Source: Bryobacterales bacterium
GTDB taxonomy: Bacteria > Acidobacteriota > Terriglobia > Bryobacterales > UBA6623
DNA length: 64,000 nucleotides
Direction of reading: 5' to 3'
Assembly: GCA_963422375.2 (NCBI GenBank)
Contig: OY729428.2
Location: forward strand, 1,472,001 to 1,536,000
This document shows, piece by piece, positions 51,985 through 64,000 of the stretch. Position numbers and translations under genes: made by a program. The notes below the pieces were generated by a model. That model worked only from the letters and a program-made list of their open reading frames with translations, did no database searches and was not told the origin of the DNA. Numbering within the stretch: position 1 is the first letter of the stretch; every line of letters begins with the position of its first letter.

Positions 51985-53034
51985 TCAAAGGCCCAGATGC
52001 TTCGCCCCGTATTCCAAGCAGGCGAGGTTGTTAGCCTGCTCGATTGCGAATCGCTCCGTTGGGGCGAGATGTTCGATGCGAGGGAGCGTCCGACCATGGT
52101 CGCGGACGGATTCGAGCGATTCTGCCAGATCTGCGCCGGGCACGCGGTCCATCGTCACCCAATACTGCTTGCGAAGGCAGGGGATCCGAAGCGGGTCGCG
52201 CGTGATCATCTCGAGGGTGAATTTGGTTTCCGGTCGCACGGTCCGGATCGTCTCGACGATCGCCTTCAGGTCCAGGCATCCTTCGCCGAACGGGACCTCG
52301 GCCAGCATGAAGCCGTCCTCGTAACGTTCGAGCCCCATGTCCTTGAGATGCACCGCGCACGCGTACGGTGCGAAGGCCTCGGCCGTCGCGCGCGGATCTT
52401 CGAGCAGCGACATGTTGTTTCCGGTGTCGAGCGTCACGCCTACCCACTCGCTCTCGATCCGTTGGAGGATTCCAAGCATCTCGTCGATGCGCCAGTCCTT
52501 GTGATTCTCGACCGCGAGTCGCACGCCGTGCCTGCGGGCCACCGGCTCCGCCCGCTCCAGTGAGTTCCGGCTCCGGCGGGCGAAATCCTTCCAGTCCTGC
52601 AGCGAGCGGAACGTCTCGTAGCGGCGTCCGCTGAGCATCACCGTTCGGATCACCGAGCCTCCCGCGGCGCGAGTGGCGCGGACCGTGCGCTCGAAGCGAT
52701 CCAAGTCGCTCGAATCGTCCTTGGGCAGGCGAGCCGAGACCTCCACGTACATACCGTGCTCCTCGGCCTTCCCGCGGACCCTGGCGGCGTAAGCTTCGTC
52801 CGGCGAAGAGAGCGATGCTTGGATGCCGCCTGCCCCCATGACCCTGCAGTGCTCGAAAAACCGCAGGGTCTCGGTGAACCGCAGCGACGGATCCTTGTCG
52901 CTGTCGGCGCGGGCGCGCTGCATGTAGGCCGCCGTGCCGATCCCCATCCGGTATCTAGGGCGTGCGGCGGCCGCCGCAGTCGCAGCTGCGATTCCAATGC
53001 TCGCTCCCAGGAAGTCCCGTCGGCTGTCGGCCAT
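51985..53034 (-). CDS. Sugar phosphate isomerase/epimerase (TIM barrel), Tat-exported
   Basis: SRRDFL signal; LAVENHKD, LDTGNN, HLKD and LEMITR motifs. Confidence 0.9.
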   Translation of the reverse strand: MADSRRDFLGASIGIAAATAAAAARPRYRMGIGTAAYMQRARADSDKDPSLRFTETLRFFEHCRVMGAGGIQASLSSPDEAYAARVRGKAEEHGMYVEVSARLPKDDSSDLDRFERTVRATRAAGGSVIRTVMLSGRRYETFRSLQDWKDFARRSRNSLERAEPVARRHGVRLAVENHKDWRIDEMLGILQRIESEWVGVTLDTGNNMSLLEDPRATAEAFAPYACAVHLKDMGLERYEDGFMLAEVPFGEGCLDLKAIVETIRTVRPETKFTLEMITRDPLRIPCLRKQYWVTMDRVPGADLAESLESVRDHGRTLPRIEHLAPTERFAIEQANNLACLEYGAKHLGL

Positions 53035-53164
53035 CAACGGTAGTCTGGCATACCCGGCTCCGGCTGGGGATCTTGCTGCCTTCGAGTCGCCCGAGACCGT
53101 TTCGCTAGGCTGGATGGACCGGCCGCGACGGTGTTGATCGCCGGTCGTTGCCGAGGAGGGATAA

Positions 53165-55297
<2,133 letters not shown>

Positions 55298-55359
55298 TCG
55301 AATGTCGCCCGCCGAGGCACAGGGCCTCGCCCACCGTCGGCTGCGGGTATAGTTGAGGC

Positions 55360-55893
55360 GTGGCCTACATCGACACGGTCGCGCCGGAGCAAGCCGAGGG
55401 AGCGCTGCGGGCCGAGTACGCTGCGGCGCTGCGCCGCTCGGGCAGGGTCTGGAACATCCTCCGGATCATGAGCCCCAACCCGGCGGTCCTCAAGGCCTCG
55501 ATGGGTCTCTACATCGCAGCCATGCACGGCCCCTCGCCGCTGTCGCGAGCCCGGCGGGAGATGCTGGCCGTGGTCGTGTCCAAGGCGAACGGCTGCCACT
55601 ATTGAATCGAGGCGCATTGGCACGACCTCCGGGCCGAGGTCGATCCCGCGATCGCGGACCGCGTGCGCGAGGACTGGCGTACCGCCGGACTTGACGCGCC
55701 CGCGTGCGCGCTGCTCGCCTACGGGGAGAAGCTCGCCCTCACCCCTGCGGCTGTGACCTCGGACGACGTGCGGCGCTTGCGCGACGCTGGATGGAGCGAC
55801 CGGGCCGTTCACGACGCAGCCCAGGTTGTTGCATACTTCTCCTACATCAACCGCGTCGCGGACGGACTCGGCGTCGATGCCGAGCAGGTCTAG
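55360..55893 (+). CDS. AhpD/carboxymuconolactone decarboxylase-family peroxidase; predicted selenoprotein (CHYU, TGA at 55603-55605)
   Basis: ORFs 55360-55605 and 55663-55893 share one frame. REMLAVVVSKANGCHY-TGA-IEAH puts TGA at the second Cys of the family CxYC motif, and the frame continues to FSYINRVADGLG. Confidence 0.88.
55606..55644 (+). promoter_or_regulatory. Candidate bacterial SECIS element
   Basis: Hairpin GACCTC-cgggcc-GAGGTC (55624-55641); the loop begins after a 24-nt spacer from the UGA and has G at position 2. Confidence 0.6.
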
Positions 55894-55936
55894 GAAGAGC
55901 CGTCGGCTGGCTCATCGAGCGCCGTTCGCTTCCGGG

Positions 55937-57709
55937 ATGTCACGAATGCAGGTTTTCGGGCTACCGAGCAGGCCGTCCCCAGGAGTGCTTCCCGCGATCC
56001 GGCTGCTGGCGCTCTGCTTCGCCGTTCAGTGCTGGTCAGCCCCGCCCGAACTGATCCTGCACGGCGGCAAGATCGTCACCGTCGACCGGCAGTTCACGGT
56101 TGCCGAGGCGCTCGCCATCGCAGGCGGGCGTCTCGTCGCGGTCGGGAGCGACCGCGAAGTCACCGCGCTTGCGGGCGGCGGCACCGAAGTGATCGACCTG
56201 CACGGGAGGACGGTCCTTCCTGGCCTGTTCGACACCCATACCCACCCGCTCGGGGCGGCGACCTACGAGTTCGACCATGCCGTCCCCCACATGGATACGA
56301 TCGCCGACGTCCTCGAGTACTTCCGCGAGCGTGCGGGAGTTGTCCCCGAGGGGCAGTGGATTCGGTTGCAGCAGGTCTTCATCACGCGCCTCCGCGAGCA
56401 GCGCTACCCGACGCGTGCCGAGCTCGACAGCGTCGCGCCACGGCACGCGGCCTACTTCCGTACCGGGCCGGACGCCTCGCTGAATTCCCTCGCGCTCCGG
56501 CTCAGCGGCATCGACAAGGACTTTCGCGTCCCGCAGGGGGTCCTGGGACGCATCGAGCGCGACGAGAGCGGCGAGCCGACCGGCGTCGTCCGCAGCGGTG
56601 CCCACTTGATCGCGTTCCGCGAGAGCCGGCGGCTGCCCGAACGCGAGGACAAGCGCCAGCGGCTCAAGGCGCTGCTGGCGGCCTACAACGAGGTCGGCCT
56701 GACCAGCATCGCCGACCGCAACGCGAGCTCCGAGGCCGTCGAGCTCTACGAAGAACTGCTCGCGAGAGGCGAGCTCACCGCCAGGGTGTTCGTCAGCGCG
56801 GCAATCGACGCCCAGGAGCCCCTCGAGGACATCGCCTCCGCCGTCGCCAAGCTGGCCCGGCATCCCAGGCACGCCTACGATCCGATGCTGTGGGTGCGAG
56901 GCATCAAGTTCTTCATGGACGGCGGCATGCTCACCGGGAGCGCCTACATGCGCGAGCCTTGGGGCGTCAGCGACGTCTACTCGATTACCGACCCGAGCTA
57001 TCGCGGGTTGCGATTCGTGGGCCCGGGCAAGGCCTACGCGATTGCGCGCATGGCGCTGGCGAGCGGGCTGCAGCCCACGGCGCACTGCGTCGGAGACGGA
57101 GCGGTGCATGCGCTGATCGACGCGTACGCCGAAGTAGACGACGAGTTCCGTGTGCGGGAGATGCGCCCGTCCATCACGCACTCGAACTTCATGAGCCCCG
57201 CGGCGATCCGGCGGATGGCGGAAATCGGCATCGTGGCCGACCTGCAGCCCGCGTGGCTCGAGCGCGACGGCGCCACTCTTCTCAAGCAGTTCGGAGAGGC
57301 CCGCCTGCGCTACTTCCAGCCGTACCGCAGCCTGCGGGAAGCCGGGGTGGTCGTGGGCGGCGGCTCGGACCACATGCAGAAGATCGGCAGCATGCGCTCG
57401 ATCAACCCGTACAACCCGTTCTTCGGCATGTGGATCGCTATGACGCGCCGGCCGCGCTGGACGGACGCGGTGATGCAGCCGGAACAGCGCCTCAATAGGG
57501 AACAAGCGATCCGCCTCTACACCACGGGCAGCGCGTTCATCACGTTCTCCGAGGGCGAGAAGGGCTCGCTGGAGGCCGGGAAGCTGGCCGACTTGATTGT
57601 GCTGGACCGAGACATCCTTGAATGCCCCCTCGAAGAAGTCAGGGACATATCCGTCGAGCGAACTTACCTCGGCGGGGATCTGATCTACGCTGCCGGCAAG
57701 GGCGACTGA
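55937..57709 (+). CDS. Amidohydrolase 3 family (YtcJ-like), secreted; start approximate
   Basis: PGLFDTHTH, KFFMDG, HCVGD, THSNF, GGSDH and GSLEAGKLAD motifs. Confidence 0.92.
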   Translation: MSRMQVFGLPSRPSPGVLPAIRLLALCFAVQCWSAPPELILHGGKIVTVDRQFTVAEALAIAGGRLVAVGSDREVTALAGGGTEVIDLHGRTVLPGLFDTHTHPLGAATYEFDHAVPHMDTIADVLEYFRERAGVVPEGQWIRLQQVFITRLREQRYPTRAELDSVAPRHAAYFRTGPDASLNSLALRLSGIDKDFRVPQGVLGRIERDESGEPTGVVRSGAHLIAFRESRRLPEREDKRQRLKALLAAYNEVGLTSIADRNASSEAVELYEELLARGELTARVFVSAAIDAQEPLEDIASAVAKLARHPRHAYDPMLWVRGIKFFMDGGMLTGSAYMREPWGVSDVYSITDPSYRGLRFVGPGKAYAIARMALASGLQPTAHCVGDGAVHALIDAYAEVDDEFRVREMRPSITHSNFMSPAAIRRMAEIGIVADLQPAWLERDGATLLKQFGEARLRYFQPYRSLREAGVVVGGGSDHMQKIGSMRSINPYNPFFGMWIAMTRRPRWTDAVMQPEQRLNREQAIRLYTTGSAFITFSEGEKGSLEAGKLADLIVLDRDILECPLEEVRDISVERTYLGGDLIYAAGKGD

Positions 57710-57798
57710 CAGCAGGCCGGGGGACGGTGGCGCTGGTCCGGCGAAGTGCGTCCTGGCGACCGCGAGGGGTGGATTTCGCGCTCGGTTGCTGGGCGGCG

Positions 57799-58938
57799 CT
57801 AGAATCGCGAGGCCATCCGGCGGGCGATGCGGTCGTTCGCCGCCTGGATCAGGGCCACGTTTTCCGCATCCGGTCTCTCGAATTCGTCAAGCAGACCGCG
57901 TCGACGGGCCTTGTTGCGCTGGTACGCGCCGCAGAGGTGGAATCCGATGCATCCGGGGTTCTCGTACAGCCCCTCGAGGACCTCCGCGTACCATTCCCCG
58001 TTGTTCCGAACGAACCCGCCCGACGGGTCAGGCGGCTGGATCTTCGCCGCGTCGGCCAGCAACACCGGCTTGCCCGTCCGCTTGTGCCAGTCGGCGAGAT
58101 AACCAAGCGGCTCGCGGAAATCCTGGAACGCTAGGACGTCGACGTACGGCAGCGCGGCCTCCACGACCTCGGCCGCGATCGGCGCGTTCGCCTCGTAGCG
58201 GTCGCCGAGGATCAGATGGTGCGGGTCGTGGCGGCGGATGGCGTCGTGCGTAGTCTTGTAGTACCGGACGGCCAGCTCGGCGAGCTCCCTGCGCCCGGAT
58301 TCCGCCTTGAGCCTCTCTGGATCGAAGATCGGCCCGCGCCATTCGTTGTGTGCCCGAGTATGGATCCACGTCGGGCAGTCGCTGTAGAAGTACCCCACAA
58401 GATTGGGGTCCACGCTCAGCTCTGCGCAGTGCGAGCGCGCAACGTAGTCGGTCCAGTCCTCCCATTCCGAGTTGCGGAAATCGAAGTTCCGAGTGTGCTG
58501 CTCCCACTGGTGCGATTCCGTGAAGGGCAGCAGGTGGCAGAACGGCAGGCCGAGGGCCCTGTACTCGTCGTTCGTGAACGGTCGCGAGTGTCGCCACTGC
58601 CTCACGGTGACTTCCTGCACCCAGCCGACCGTGTTGAAGCCCCATTGCTTCAGGTTGGGGACGACCGACTCCTTGATCCACCTCGTCGTGCTGCCGCCGT
58701 ACTTCTCGCGCCAGATTTCGATGTTCTCGGGGTACCGGAGGCTCGCGGGGTCGATGTGGTTGAGGCCGATGGAGAAGAACGGACGTCCCTCGGGCGTGGC
58801 GAGCCACCAGTGTCCGTCGCGCTGCGTGAGAGTGAAGAAGCCCCCGGGATTGGATTGGGTCGTTGTTGCAGCCCCTGTCCGCGGGTGGACGCCGGCCCCG
58901 AGAATGGCCGCGCAGTGAAGGAACTGTCGTCGGTTCAT
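57799..58938 (-). CDS. Agarase-like glycoside hydrolase (GH50/clan A-like), Tat-exported
   Basis: MNRRQFL signal; HWWLATPEGRPFFSIG, WGFNTVGW, DPHHLILGDR and CIGFH motifs resemble GH50 beta-agarases. Confidence 0.75.
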   Translation of the reverse strand: MNRRQFLHCAAILGAGVHPRTGAATTTQSNPGGFFTLTQRDGHWWLATPEGRPFFSIGLNHIDPASLRYPENIEIWREKYGGSTTRWIKESVVPNLKQWGFNTVGWVQEVTVRQWRHSRPFTNDEYRALGLPFCHLLPFTESHQWEQHTRNFDFRNSEWEDWTDYVARSHCAELSVDPNLVGYFYSDCPTWIHTRAHNEWRGPIFDPERLKAESGRRELAELAVRYYKTTHDAIRRHDPHHLILGDRYEANAPIAAEVVEAALPYVDVLAFQDFREPLGYLADWHKRTGKPVLLADAAKIQPPDPSGGFVRNNGEWYAEVLEGLYENPGCIGFHLCGAYQRNKARRRGLLDEFERPDAENVALIQAANDRIARRMASRF

Positions 58939-59362
58939 GGCCGGTGGCGGTCGTCTGGCCACCCATCGAATGATACACCTGATTCCTCCAATCGTACCCG
59001 CGAGAGGCCATGAGCGGGAGCCCGCACGACCTGTGCGGTCTGGCCGCCGCTACTCGATTCGCCCCGACCTTCCGGCCAAGATCTTCCGGCCAAGATGAGG
59101 CCTGCCTGCGGGCAGCTTCTGACGACAGTCCAAGCGAGCACCGCTGATCGGTGCCAGGTTCGAGCGCCTCTCGGGTGTACCATGAGCGGTGAACTGCGTA
59201 TGCACGCCGATTTCAGGTGGCGCGCCCGCCCTGCGGGTGCAGGCGGCTAACGCCGGGAATTCCGCGAGGTCGCTATCGAACTGCGCGGGCGCGCTTGCCG
59301 GCGAGCTCGGAGCAGCTTGGGCCGGGTCGCCGGGCCCGGCCGACCACCTCGGAACGTGTCGC

Positions 59363-61720
59363 GTGGTGGCTTGGTGCGTCGGGCTGGCGCTGGCGTTCAC
59401 ACCAGTTCTGGCAGGCCAGGACACGGTTGGAACGGGTCTTGTTCGCGGAACCCTTGTACGGCTCGACGGGACGCCCGTCGCGGGTGCGCAAGTCTGCGTC
59501 GCCGGAACGGATCGCTGCGCCAAATCGGACGCGGCCGGGCGCTTTTCCGGCCTTGATGTCCGGCCCGGCCGCCGCCGTCTGGAAGTTCGACAGGAAGCCG
59601 CAGTTTCGCTGGTGACGGGCGAAGTCGAAGTCTACGCGGGGCGCACGAGCGAGGTGCGCTTGGAGGTGCCCGAGGTCAGGGCGGTCGAGACATCAGTCAC
59701 AGTCAGCGCCTCGGAGCTGCTGGCTCCCGACGAGGTAGCCACCTCTGGCGTAATGATCGGGAGCCGCGCCATCGCAAAGAGCGCGGATGCCCTGCAGGAC
59801 GTGTCGCGCTACGTCGCGACGCTGCCCGGGGTCACCACCGGTTCCGCGGACTTCCGCAACGACATCATCGTGCGCGGCGGCAGTCCGCTCGAGAACCTCT
59901 TCATCGTCGACAACATCGAGATCCCCAACATCAACAGCTTCGCCAACTTCTCCTCCGCGGGAGGTACGGTGAGCCTGCTGGACGTCCAGCTGATCGAGGA
60001 CGTGACATTCCTGACGGGAGGGTATCCGGCTGCGTACCCGAATCGGCTATCGAGCGTGATGCAAGTTGCTCAGCGGGAAGGCAGCCGCGAGCGCTTGCAG
60101 GCGCGAGCCACCCTCGCCTATGCCGGTGCGGGTGGCGTCCTCGAGGGGCCCCTGAGCGGAGGCGCGGGATCGTGGGTCGTGTCGGCGAGGCGTAGCTTCC
60201 TCGACTTGTTCACCCAGGACTTGGGCACAGGAGGCGTGCCTGTCTACTACTCGTTCACGGCCAAGGTCGTTCGCGACTTCGGTTCGCGTGACCGAGTGTG
60301 GGCCACTAGCATTTCGGGCATCGACAGCATTCGCCTCGGCCTGACCGAGGATCTGGAGCCCGAGGACGAGCTGAGCTCGTTAGACATCCGCTACAGCGGC
60401 TCCCGCACCGCGTCCGGGGCGAACTGGCAGAGAATCCTCGGGGCGCGCGGGGTGAGCCTCCTTGGCTTGACGCACTCGCGGGCCGGAGTCGATTCGACCG
60501 TCAAGGACTTGGTTCGCTCCGGGCCGTTCGGGCTCGATGCGGACATCGGCCAGCTCATCGCGGACGGGGCCGTGACCTTCCGCCAAGACTCGACAGAGAC
60601 AGAGACGGCGGCGAAGTACGACCTGAGGCTGCATGCGGGCCGTGGGGGCGAGTACCGCCTGGGCGGAGCCCAGAGATTTGTTGCCAACAACTACCTCACC
60701 GCCTCGCCATTCGGCTACGACGGGCCGTTCACGCTCGTGCCCGACATCAATCCGATCGACTTGCGGGAGCCCGTGAATGCCAGCCGCTCGGAGCTCTACC
60801 TGCAGGGCACGCATTCTCTGGGCGGAACGGCGCGTCTGACACTCGGGGGCAGGGTCGAGCGCTTCGGCCAGTTCGGCTTTTCTCACGGGCGGCTGAGCCC
60901 GCGAGCGGGCCTGACGGTCAAGCTCTCCAAGAGCGTGTCGTGGAATTCGAGCTGGGGCCTCTATTACCAAATGCCGCTCTATCTCTTCTTGGCCGCGTTC
61001 CCGCAAAACCGATCCTTGCTCCCCGCCCGGTCCGAGCACTGGGTGACCGGCATGGCTTGGACGCCCTCCGCGAGGGTCCGTGTCACCGTCGAGGCCTACT
61101 CCAAGCGCTATAGGGACTATCCCGCAGCGGAGCAGTTTCCGGCGCTCTCATTCGCGAACGTGGGCGACACCTTCAACGTGCGGGACATCCTGTACCCAAT
61201 GCTGAGCGGCGGTCGGGGCGAAGCTCGCGGGATCGAGCTCTTCGCGGAGAGGCGGTTCGCAGGCAAGTGGTTCGGACAGGCAAACTTCGCCTACTCGCGG
61301 GCCAGGCACGGCGGTCGGGACGGTCGGCTCCGGCCCGGAGCATTTGATCGTCCCTTCGCCTTCAATGCCGTGGGCGGGCGGACCATACGGGGAAAGTGGG
61401 ACATCGGGATCCGGTCCTCGTACCTTACCGGCCGCCCCTACACGCCCTTCAACCTCGAGCGGTCCCGTGAGCAGCGTCGCGGCGTCTTCGATCTGTCGCA
61501 GGTGAATGCACAGCGCTTGCGGCCGTACTTCACCCTGGACCTCCGTCTGGACCGCACCTTCCGCATCGGGCAAGACACCGCGGTCGTCTATTGCGGCTTT
61601 CAGAACGTCACGGGACGAAACAATCCCACGGGCGTCTCTTGGAACCGGCGCACGAATCGGCCCTCCCTTCAGAAGGGGATCGGCAGATTCTTGCTCGTAG
61701 GCATGGAGTGGGCATTCTGA
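59363..61720 (+). CDS. TonB-dependent receptor with carboxypeptidase-regulatory-like domain; start uncertain
   Basis: LPGV, IIVRGGSPLENL, GGYPAAY and SPRAG motifs; C-terminal WAF. Confidence 0.9.
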   Translation: MVAWCVGLALAFTPVLAGQDTVGTGLVRGTLVRLDGTPVAGAQVCVAGTDRCAKSDAAGRFSGLDVRPGRRRLEVRQEAAVSLVTGEVEVYAGRTSEVRLEVPEVRAVETSVTVSASELLAPDEVATSGVMIGSRAIAKSADALQDVSRYVATLPGVTTGSADFRNDIIVRGGSPLENLFIVDNIEIPNINSFANFSSAGGTVSLLDVQLIEDVTFLTGGYPAAYPNRLSSVMQVAQREGSRERLQARATLAYAGAGGVLEGPLSGGAGSWVVSARRSFLDLFTQDLGTGGVPVYYSFTAKVVRDFGSRDRVWATSISGIDSIRLGLTEDLEPEDELSSLDIRYSGSRTASGANWQRILGARGVSLLGLTHSRAGVDSTVKDLVRSGPFGLDADIGQLIADGAVTFRQDSTETETAAKYDLRLHAGRGGEYRLGGAQRFVANNYLTASPFGYDGPFTLVPDINPIDLREPVNASRSELYLQGTHSLGGTARLTLGGRVERFGQFGFSHGRLSPRAGLTVKLSKSVSWNSSWGLYYQMPLYLFLAAFPQNRSLLPARSEHWVTGMAWTPSARVRVTVEAYSKRYRDYPAAEQFPALSFANVGDTFNVRDILYPMLSGGRGEARGIELFAERRFAGKWFGQANFAYSRARHGGRDGRLRPGAFDRPFAFNAVGGRTIRGKWDIGIRSSYLTGRPYTPFNLERSREQRRGVFDLSQVNAQRLRPYFTLDLRLDRTFRIGQDTAVVYCGFQNVTGRNNPTGVSWNRRTNRPSLQKGIGRFLLVGMEWAF

Positions 61721-62115
61721 CTGGCCGGTCGTCAGGCCAAGCCACTCCGAGACATCCTCTCCGCTTCGCTTCAAGGTGCTGGGGACCGGTTCCCGACCGC
61801 GCCACCGCAGGCTGACTCCGATTTCGCGATTACCCGCTTCCCTGTCGCCGATTCTGCATTCAGCACGTGCCGCAGGGTACTCCTGCCGTCTCTGCACGGC
61901 AACAGGTCGGACAGCTCGGCGTTCCCGGTTGCCCGTGCGTCCCTAGCCGGATTGCCTGCGCCCCGGGCACGGACAGGGTGAGTGGAAGCCGTCTCGACGC
62001 CCCCGCGGCATAGAATCGGTATAGAAGACAGATGATGGCGCGCGCTCGATCAATCCCTGTTGGTGCGGAACTTGGGATCGTCAAGGATGCGTTACGAGTG
62101 GCTATCGGCCCCCGG

Positions 62116-62800
62116 TCAAGAGATAATCCGGTTCAATGTTTCTTCCAATTCACGAACCAACTTTCTGCGTTTGGATAGCTGTATCTTTCTAATATTCAAT
62201 GCCTTCCATCGGTATGCTGGAAGAGATTAGACGTTCTGAATCGATAGGAGGGACCAGTCCGGATCCATTCGAGCTGACGGACGGAATGAAGTTACAGTAG
62301 GATTCATTCAAATTCGAGTGTAGTGCGTGGATGAGTCTTTCTCTTGTACAATAAATCTTGTTCGAAAAGGCATCGATCTGAGTCTCGTCTTGGATCATGT
62401 ATTGTAACGTTGATAGCTACGAGTCCGCGAAATTTCGCGGCCTTGGTTGAATTAACTCGTGTATCGGACGCTCACTGAAGATCAAGTACACAAGTACTGT
62501 CTGAAACAGATTTCTGCCGAACTTCCCATTCTAAAACAAGGGGAAAGTGTCAAAGAAGTTACGAGATTTCTGACGATCAAGGGCAGCACAAATCTTACCA
62601 AAGTAGAGGTCATTGTAGGATGTAACTAGCGTATTTAGACAACCGAAGATCACTTCTGTCTTGGAACAAATTTTCATACTTTTTGTCGGCCACACCGTTC
62701 CTCGCATCACTGGAAAAATCTCAACGGTAATCCGAGCGTCCTTAGTCAGCGCAATTCGCTTGCGATGCTTTGATGGTTGAATCTTGATCGCCGGAGATGT
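62116..62800 (-). pseudogene. abiEii: AbiEii nucleotidyltransferase toxin remnant
   Basis: Manual translation gives VEIFPVMRGTV...DLYFGKICAALDRQKSRNFFD...LVYLIFSERPIHEL, with internal stops and no N-terminal KGGT segment. Confidence 0.75.
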
Positions 62801-62810
62801 TTAGATGATC

Positions 62811-63590
62811 TCATCGGCATAAGAATTCATCGCGTATAATAGAGCGTGTACCACGACCTAGGTCATAGTCACTTGGACTGATCCCTTCAAGCCAGGAGTA
62901 TCCGTGTCGCTCGGCGAGCCAAAAAAACAAGCGCTTCACTTTCACGCCCCGGATGATCCCCAAGATGCCTCTCAGCCTCATAGGCGAGAGGTCCGGTAGA
63001 CCCTCTAGCAAGAGATCGGCGTGTTCCAGCGATTCGCTCTGCGGTACATGGTGCAGCAGCTCGAAGAAGCCTCTCTCTAGTGTCGATACCCAGAGCGTTG
63101 CGCTACCGACGCTCTCGGGGCGCACAAAGGGAAACCTCATACCGCATTGATCGACGGATTCAATTCGAATCCGACCGAAGAGGCGGGTCGTCCCTCTTCG
63201 GACGAATCGGCATCTCAACCCCAGATCATTGATCCATCGGGGCAGGGGATCGCAGCCGTGTAGCTGAACTAGCGGAGTCCGCGTCAGAGGCACTAAGTGA
63301 TACCGATTGGCATGCTCGAGCGCGGTCAGGCCGCCGACCACCAAGTCGAAGCGCATCCGGTGGCATGAGGATACCACTGCCTCCCACCAGAGTGGAACGC
63401 CCCGCCCGAGCGTACACGCCCGCTTGGTGCGCCGTGATCGTGCCGCTCTTGAGGAGGTTGTCGATGGAATGTGTCGACGCGCCTCAATCGCGCAGGGACT
63501 TTCTGGTCTCGACCTGGCCCGGAGGAAGAAGCGTGTCCAGCTCCGATCGCAGTTTCGAGTACTTCGGCAAGGTGTGCTCTGCTACGATTC
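62811..63590 (-). pseudogene. abiEi: AbiEi type IV antitoxin remnant (frameshifted 5' part)
   Basis: VGGLTALE...HL, STLERGFFELL and VKVKRLFFWLAER motifs; the N-terminal LLPPG fragment lies in another frame. Confidence 0.8.
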
Positions 63591-64000
63591 TACGGCGTTA
63601 ATCGCCGATTGTCAGGAAGATTGCAAACTTTCGCCTCGCGGCTAGACCGTATGCGCCCATCTGCACCTGGCTCGAGCCTCCGCGCGGCCAGAGCCCCGGC
63701 TTGGCTCTATGGATGGCTGCACCCCGCGCCCGTGCGGTGAGTGATCGGACCTCCAACACAGCCCGGACCCGGCAGGGTCGGGGGCTGAAACGCATACCCG
63801 GAAGACCGGAGGCGGAACTGGCGAGCCGCGCAAGCCAATGCGGACCGCAATTCGCCTTGCAGATTCGCGTCGGGCGGCGCCGTTGATGATCCGCCCGCAG
63901 CTCGCGCTCGGCTGCATCGGGCAATCCTTGCAAGAGCGGTTCTTGGCTTGGCGGCCCCAGAGGGAGCGCGAGTCTGGCGAGGCGGCTTGGCCCGCCCCTC

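Noticed and set aside
55603..55605. TGA as a true stop, giving two small genes or a pseudogene
   Set aside because: It falls exactly on the redox Cys position with intact downstream coding and a SECIS-like hairpin, so Sec recoding is the better explanation, though unproven.
59090..59182. tRNA-Sec-like stretch (hairpin, ggttcgag, ending acca)
   Set aside because: The T-stem and acceptor stem do not pair, and there is no UCA anticodon arm.

Overview
A GC-rich bacterial window. The gene complement (two acidobacterial-type VWA proteins, Oar-type and other TonB-dependent receptors, a PQQ dehydrogenase paired with a heme protein, and Tat-exported TIM-barrel isomerases) suggests Acidobacteriota, probably Bryobacterales-like; this is inference. 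Housekeeping and metabolic genes (cca, thrC, moaD-moaE fusion, suhB, a thymidine phosphorylase homolog, fdhA, yhaM, surA, gatB, a FadB-like gene, tRNA-Lys(CTT)) are interspersed with AT-richer decayed patches. These patches carry five IS1595-family copies of two types, one ISAzo13 element, a 256-bp TA-targeting MITE and a dead AbiEi/AbiEii pair. Highlights: (1) a hidden AhpD/CMD-family selenoprotein (CxxU, in-frame TGA followed by a SECIS-like hairpin) that the ORF track splits in two; (2) a three-level nested insertion (MITE > IS1595 > ISAzo13) in an AAA-ATPase/PD-(D/E)XK gene, with every target-site duplication readable; (3) a PQQ dehydrogenase with the lanthanide-type D-x-D motif, co-oriented with a diheme cytochrome c and fdhA; (4) a thymidine phosphorylase homolog that has lost its catalytic His and phosphate ligands; (5) apparently frequent leaderless genes and short tandem micro-duplications. 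All calls come from motif recognition by eye; no database searches were run.
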